Below the pieces are notes generated by a model. The model saw only the letters and a program-made list of their open reading frames with translations. It did not search any database and was not told where the DNA came from. A program made the translations under genes and the position numbers. DNA of 63,364 nucleotides, the filler included, from Collodictyon triciliatum (taxonomy: Eukaryota): NCBI GenBank assembly GCA_043381765.1. It is 10 parts of 10 records of this genome, joined end to end, with 100 filler letters (N's around TTAATTAATTAA, not from the genome) between each part and the next. Parts side by side here need not be neighbours in the genome. Positions count along the whole stretch, not along the records: positions 59,524 to 63,364 come from JBHJMP010004602.1; 9 more parts are not named here. One strand, written 5' to 3'. Positions 59,671 to 63,364 of the stretch are shown here, in pieces (positions within the stretch are counted from its first letter, which is position 1; each line of letters opens with the position of its first letter).

Positions 59671-60286
59671 GATGAATGGGAGCTTTTCATGACCTATGTC
59701 ATCTCCTTCCCGTCTGTCGTCATTTCGGCTGCCTGTCCAGTCCAGCCTCCACCTCCTCAGCTGACTGAGTGGCCCACCGCTCGTGTACACTTTCATATTT
59801 TGATTTCTTTTTTTTTAGTTCTTTTAGTTTTTTGTTTTTTTGTTTTTTGTTTTTTGTTTTTTGTTTTTTGTTTTTTGTTTTTTGTTTTTTGTTTTTTGTT
59901 TTTTGTTTTTTTCTTCTTTTACTTCTTATTTTTGCTAATGTGTCCCAATCCGTTATTTGCAGATTTGTGATTTCCTCATCATGTTTGTACGAGGATACAG
60001 TTCGTACTACAAGCACGTCCGCATCCTCAACGTATGTACACAATAACAAACACAACCCAACTTCACACCCAAGCAACTTACCATTATTATCATTATCATT
60101 TTTACTTGGCTCTTTTATGCTACACTCACCCTGCTCCATCCCCATTTGTATCTGTGCCTGTCCCTGCCTCTTCAGCCTGCGGACCAGGAAGCCATGCACG
60201 CGCGACTCTACCTCGCAAAGGCTTACAAGCAGGTGATGGACAACGCCCTTCGACTCTTGATGATCGAGCCTCTGGAAAAGATGTAG
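59671..60286 (+). CDS. DALRD3: DALR anticodon-binding-domain protein (DALRD3-like), 3' exons only
   Basis: DEWELFMTYVISFPSVV | ICDFLIMFVRGYSSYYKHVRILN | AMHARLYLAKAYKQVMDNALRLLMIEPLEKM*; the EW.L..F.P and SSYY..V.IL motifs resemble DALRD3 more than ArgRS. Confidence 0.7.
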
Positions 60287-60596
60287 ACAGCGTCGCACGC
60301 GTTGCATCAAAGTTTTTCCTCCAATATTCCTTTCCTTCTATACTTTTCTTGTCTCTGTTTTCCAAAAAAAAAAAAAAAGAGAAAAAAAGGAAGAATGAAG
60401 AACGACTCTCTTTTTGCAGTTTTAAACTCAACCAGGAATCCCATGCAACCATCCCTTCTTGTCTCGGGTTGGGTATGACAACAAACAGGGAGTGTCGAGA
60501 ACGAGTTGCTTTTATTATTCAGGATTTTATTTTATTTTATCTTATTTCAGAGAGGGAAGAAATAGAAAGAAAAGAAAAATAAAATGCTGTTTCAGT

Positions 60597-61593
60597 TTAA
60601 GGGATTGCGGCAAGAATGGAACTGAGCTCCTTCTCAAACTTTGCAGAGGTCAGCTTCGTGTCGAACGTGTAGAAGGGATCGATTGTGGTGGACACGTAGA
60701 GGCGGTGGAAGTTTGTAAAGAACTGCGGTGTGTAAGCATGTGGCAACGAAGCGCGAGTCAGAAAGAATCCGTGGGAAGGGCAGCCACTTTGGAAGATGTC
60801 AAGCAGAACGGCATAAGAGAGAAGGAGAGAAAAGGGTGAAGAAGACTTGGATGTCCACGTACCGATACGATGTCCTTCTCCTTCACATCTGCATCATCGA
60901 CGACGAGGATGAGCGTGTTTCGGGTGGTTGTGTGGTATCCGTATCTGCAGGAATATCATGGAGTGAGACGTGCGGTTGGGACACATGGTAGATTGTGCGA
61001 TGCGGGTTCCATTACACTTTGTAGTCCTCGATCGGACAGAGCAGACCCAGGTAGTAGTCCGGCGAAGTTGATGGTGTGCCTTTCTTTGATGTTGCTGATG
61101 ATGATGGTGATGATGATGATGATGCCCGCGCGAACAAGGGATAAATAAAGAAAAAGAAAAAAAAAGGAAAAGTTTTGCGAGTTGCATCATCGCGTAATCA
61201 TTCATGGGGTTGGGGTTGGGGTTGTGTTCACATCGATAAGATGGGAAGAAACATTAAAAAAAACAAAAAAAACGAGTTCATCTCGACGGAATGGAGATCT
61301 TTGAGTTGCATCTATGTTTGTGTTTTCGAGGCTTAGGAAAGAATACTTCGCTCCTCTACGAGATCCAGGGAGGAGTGGACTATGAAGTGGAACTTGATCT
61401 CATCCTCGTCGCTGAAGGTCTTGAGAAATAGGGGCTTGAACTAGGGGACGTAGCAGCCAGGAGATATATGAGCAGATCGAAGAGACAGGAAGAGAGATAA
61501 AAAGTATAAAAGAGGGAGAAAAGAGGAATGAGAACAAAATGCGCGGGCACTTACTCCCTTGCCGATAACCGCCACACAAGCGACACCCTTCAT
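60597..61593 (-). CDS. TRAPPC2L: Trafficking protein particle complex subunit 2-like (sedlin family), 5 exons
   Basis: VACVAVIGK | KPLFLKTF..IKFHFIVHSSLDLVEER | YLGLLCPIEDYKV | YGYHTTTRNTLILVVD | FHRLYVSTTIDPFY. Confidence 0.92.
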
Positions 61594-61789
61594 CCTGCTA
61601 GGTACGGTCAGTTCCATAGTTTCACAGGCAAAAGATGAGCAAGAAGGGAGTTGTTTTTTTGTTTTGTTGTTTCTTTTGTAGTTGTTTTGTAGTTGTTTTT
61701 GTGTCCAGTCGTGTCGAAGCAAACGAGTTAAAGAGCAGATCCAAGGCAAATCAGAGCAGCGCGCGTTCATACGATTTGTGGAATTTTAT

Positions 61790-62132
61790 TTATTCTGCTT
61801 TTCCACCGGACGGTTCTGCCTCTTTCTGCTGCTGCTTGAAGGCGCTCACTTTCTTGTAGTTTCGGTAGCGCACGTCTTCGGCGGGGTACTCGATGAACTT
61901 TTTCTGTTGGGAGCGGATTCATAAGTGGGCATTTCCTTAGCGCCATTAGAGAGTTCTTTTTCTGCTCATTTTTTTCGGTAAGGAGAAGCGAAGCGAAGCG
62001 GACAAAATGTGATGGAAAACTTACGCTCTCCACATAGTCGTCAAAGAAGTCTGTGTTCGCGAGCTGGACTAGGCCCAGAGGCACAATCAGGTACGTAGCG
62101 AACTTAAAGTATTCCAATTTGAACCCGCCCAT
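61790..62132 (-). CDS. PET100: PET100-like cytochrome c oxidase assembly factor, 2 exons
   Basis: MGGFKLEYFKFATYLIVP resembles the PET100 N-terminus; donor after 62025; charged short tail. Confidence 0.75.
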
Positions 62133-62698
62133 CGCCCAGCAACTCAGCCCTGCGTGCCTTAAGCAAGTCGTCAAGACCAGGCACAACGATGTGGGGTATG
62201 AATCGCTCCTGAGTTAAAGTTGATCTTTGCGCCTGGAATGGATGTCCGTTTCTGAGATCTGATCTCAATTATCAAACCGTAACCCAGAAGTTGTGATTTA
62301 GTGTCTGACTACTTTCGAAAACCTTAATATATAATTATGTGACACATATTTGGATTATTGTATGTGGTCTATCAAGTGGCATACGGGTTTCAACTTATAT
62401 TCATTACAAATTCCACATATAGAATGATAGACTAGCCTAGCTGAGGGCAATCACCGAAACGCAACAATCCCAAACACACGCACGCTACTGGCATCAATCG
62501 CCCTTCCTTCGAGGCACATCGTCAGGACTTCCGAGGCAGAATCGCAGAGACAAAACCAATTGCACTAACAACGCACAGTGTCTTATTCTTTAGCACCATC
62601 ATGGTCTCCTTTCGACTGATTTCTTGTGGGCCCTGGGTCAATAAACAGGAAAAAGAATAAAAAAAGGAAAAAAAATCTTGCTTTCCTTTATCGTTCAC

Positions 62699-63255
62699 TT
62701 AGTTTTGGGGCTGCAACTCGACCTGGGCTTGCACATCAGACGGAGGAGGGACCGATACTGCAGAATCCACAGTGGCAGAGGCGGGACTATCTGTCGCAGC
62801 GGATTGGACCACAGTCTGCTCTTCCTTGGAGGGGAAGTGAGAGAATGTCTTTGCAGCCTCCTCGACCTTCTTGATGATGCGCGGAAGCGCCTGCGCCGTC
62901 TCCAGATTCTTTGCCTGCTCCTCGTTGGCATTGACGGCCGAGTACGTGCCTTTGGGCAGCCCGGCCAGACGACGTGCCTCGTCCAGCACATCAAACAGCA
63001 TCTCCTCCACATGCTTGACGTTCTGGGCAGAGTACGGATACAGCTCGGACGTGATTTTGATGGTTCCGGAGACCCTGTCGAAGCGCGGACCGCAAATGCC
63101 CAGCACGTTCTGCCACACGGGCTCATCCTCGGCTTTCGTCAGGCCGAGCAGCTCTCGGTTTGTTTGCAGCGTGGCCTGTCGCGTGTGGTTTATGACGGTG
63201 GGGTTCGGTGTGGATGAAGGCGGAAACGGATTTGTGTTGGGTGGCCATCGATTTG
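62699..63255 (-). CDS. MRPS35: Mitochondrial small-subunit ribosomal protein mS35 (Rsm24-like), last exon
   Basis: ICGPRFDRVSGTIKITSELYPYSAQNVKHVEEMLFDVLDEA resembles the conserved mS35 C-terminal motif. Confidence 0.78.
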
Positions 63256-63364
63256 CTTGCGAATAAAATAAAATAAAATAAAATAAAATAAAATAAAATA
63301 AAATAAAATAAAATAAAATAAAATAAAATAAAAAATAAAATAAAAAAAAAAATAAAAAAAAAAA

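Overview
Draft eukaryotic (protist-like) assembly: about ten unrelated ~6.3 kb contigs joined by artificial 100-nt N/TTAATTAATTAA/N linkers (6330-6429, 12762-12861, 19189-19288, 25606-25705, 32029-32128, 38451-38550, 46593-46692, 53009-53108, 59424-59523), so adjacency across linkers means nothing. Most contigs hold intron-rich, microsatellite-laden nuclear genes in the standard code: two tandem R2R3-type Myb genes, TAF4, a bZIP factor, an ankyrin protein, an SDR, a Der/EngA GTPase, an RCC1+WD40 protein, DNAJC21, TTC25/ODAD4, a DALRD3-like gene, TRAPPC2L, PET100, mS35, and a probably secreted WD40/Cys-rich protein. TTC25, PET100 and mS35 point to a flagellated organism with mitochondria. Two things stand out. 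(1) Contig 19289-25605 is intronless and gene-dense, and encodes a Polinton-like-virus-type major capsid protein, a 1518-aa coiled-coil ORFan and two small ORFans, plus a structured intergenic control region. (2) A ~26-bp element, CTTTGAATCGAATAAAGG-poly(A), is inserted five times on three contigs, each with a 14-18 bp target-site duplication, which looks like an ultra-short retroposon. All protein calls come from motif recognition by eye; no searches were run.
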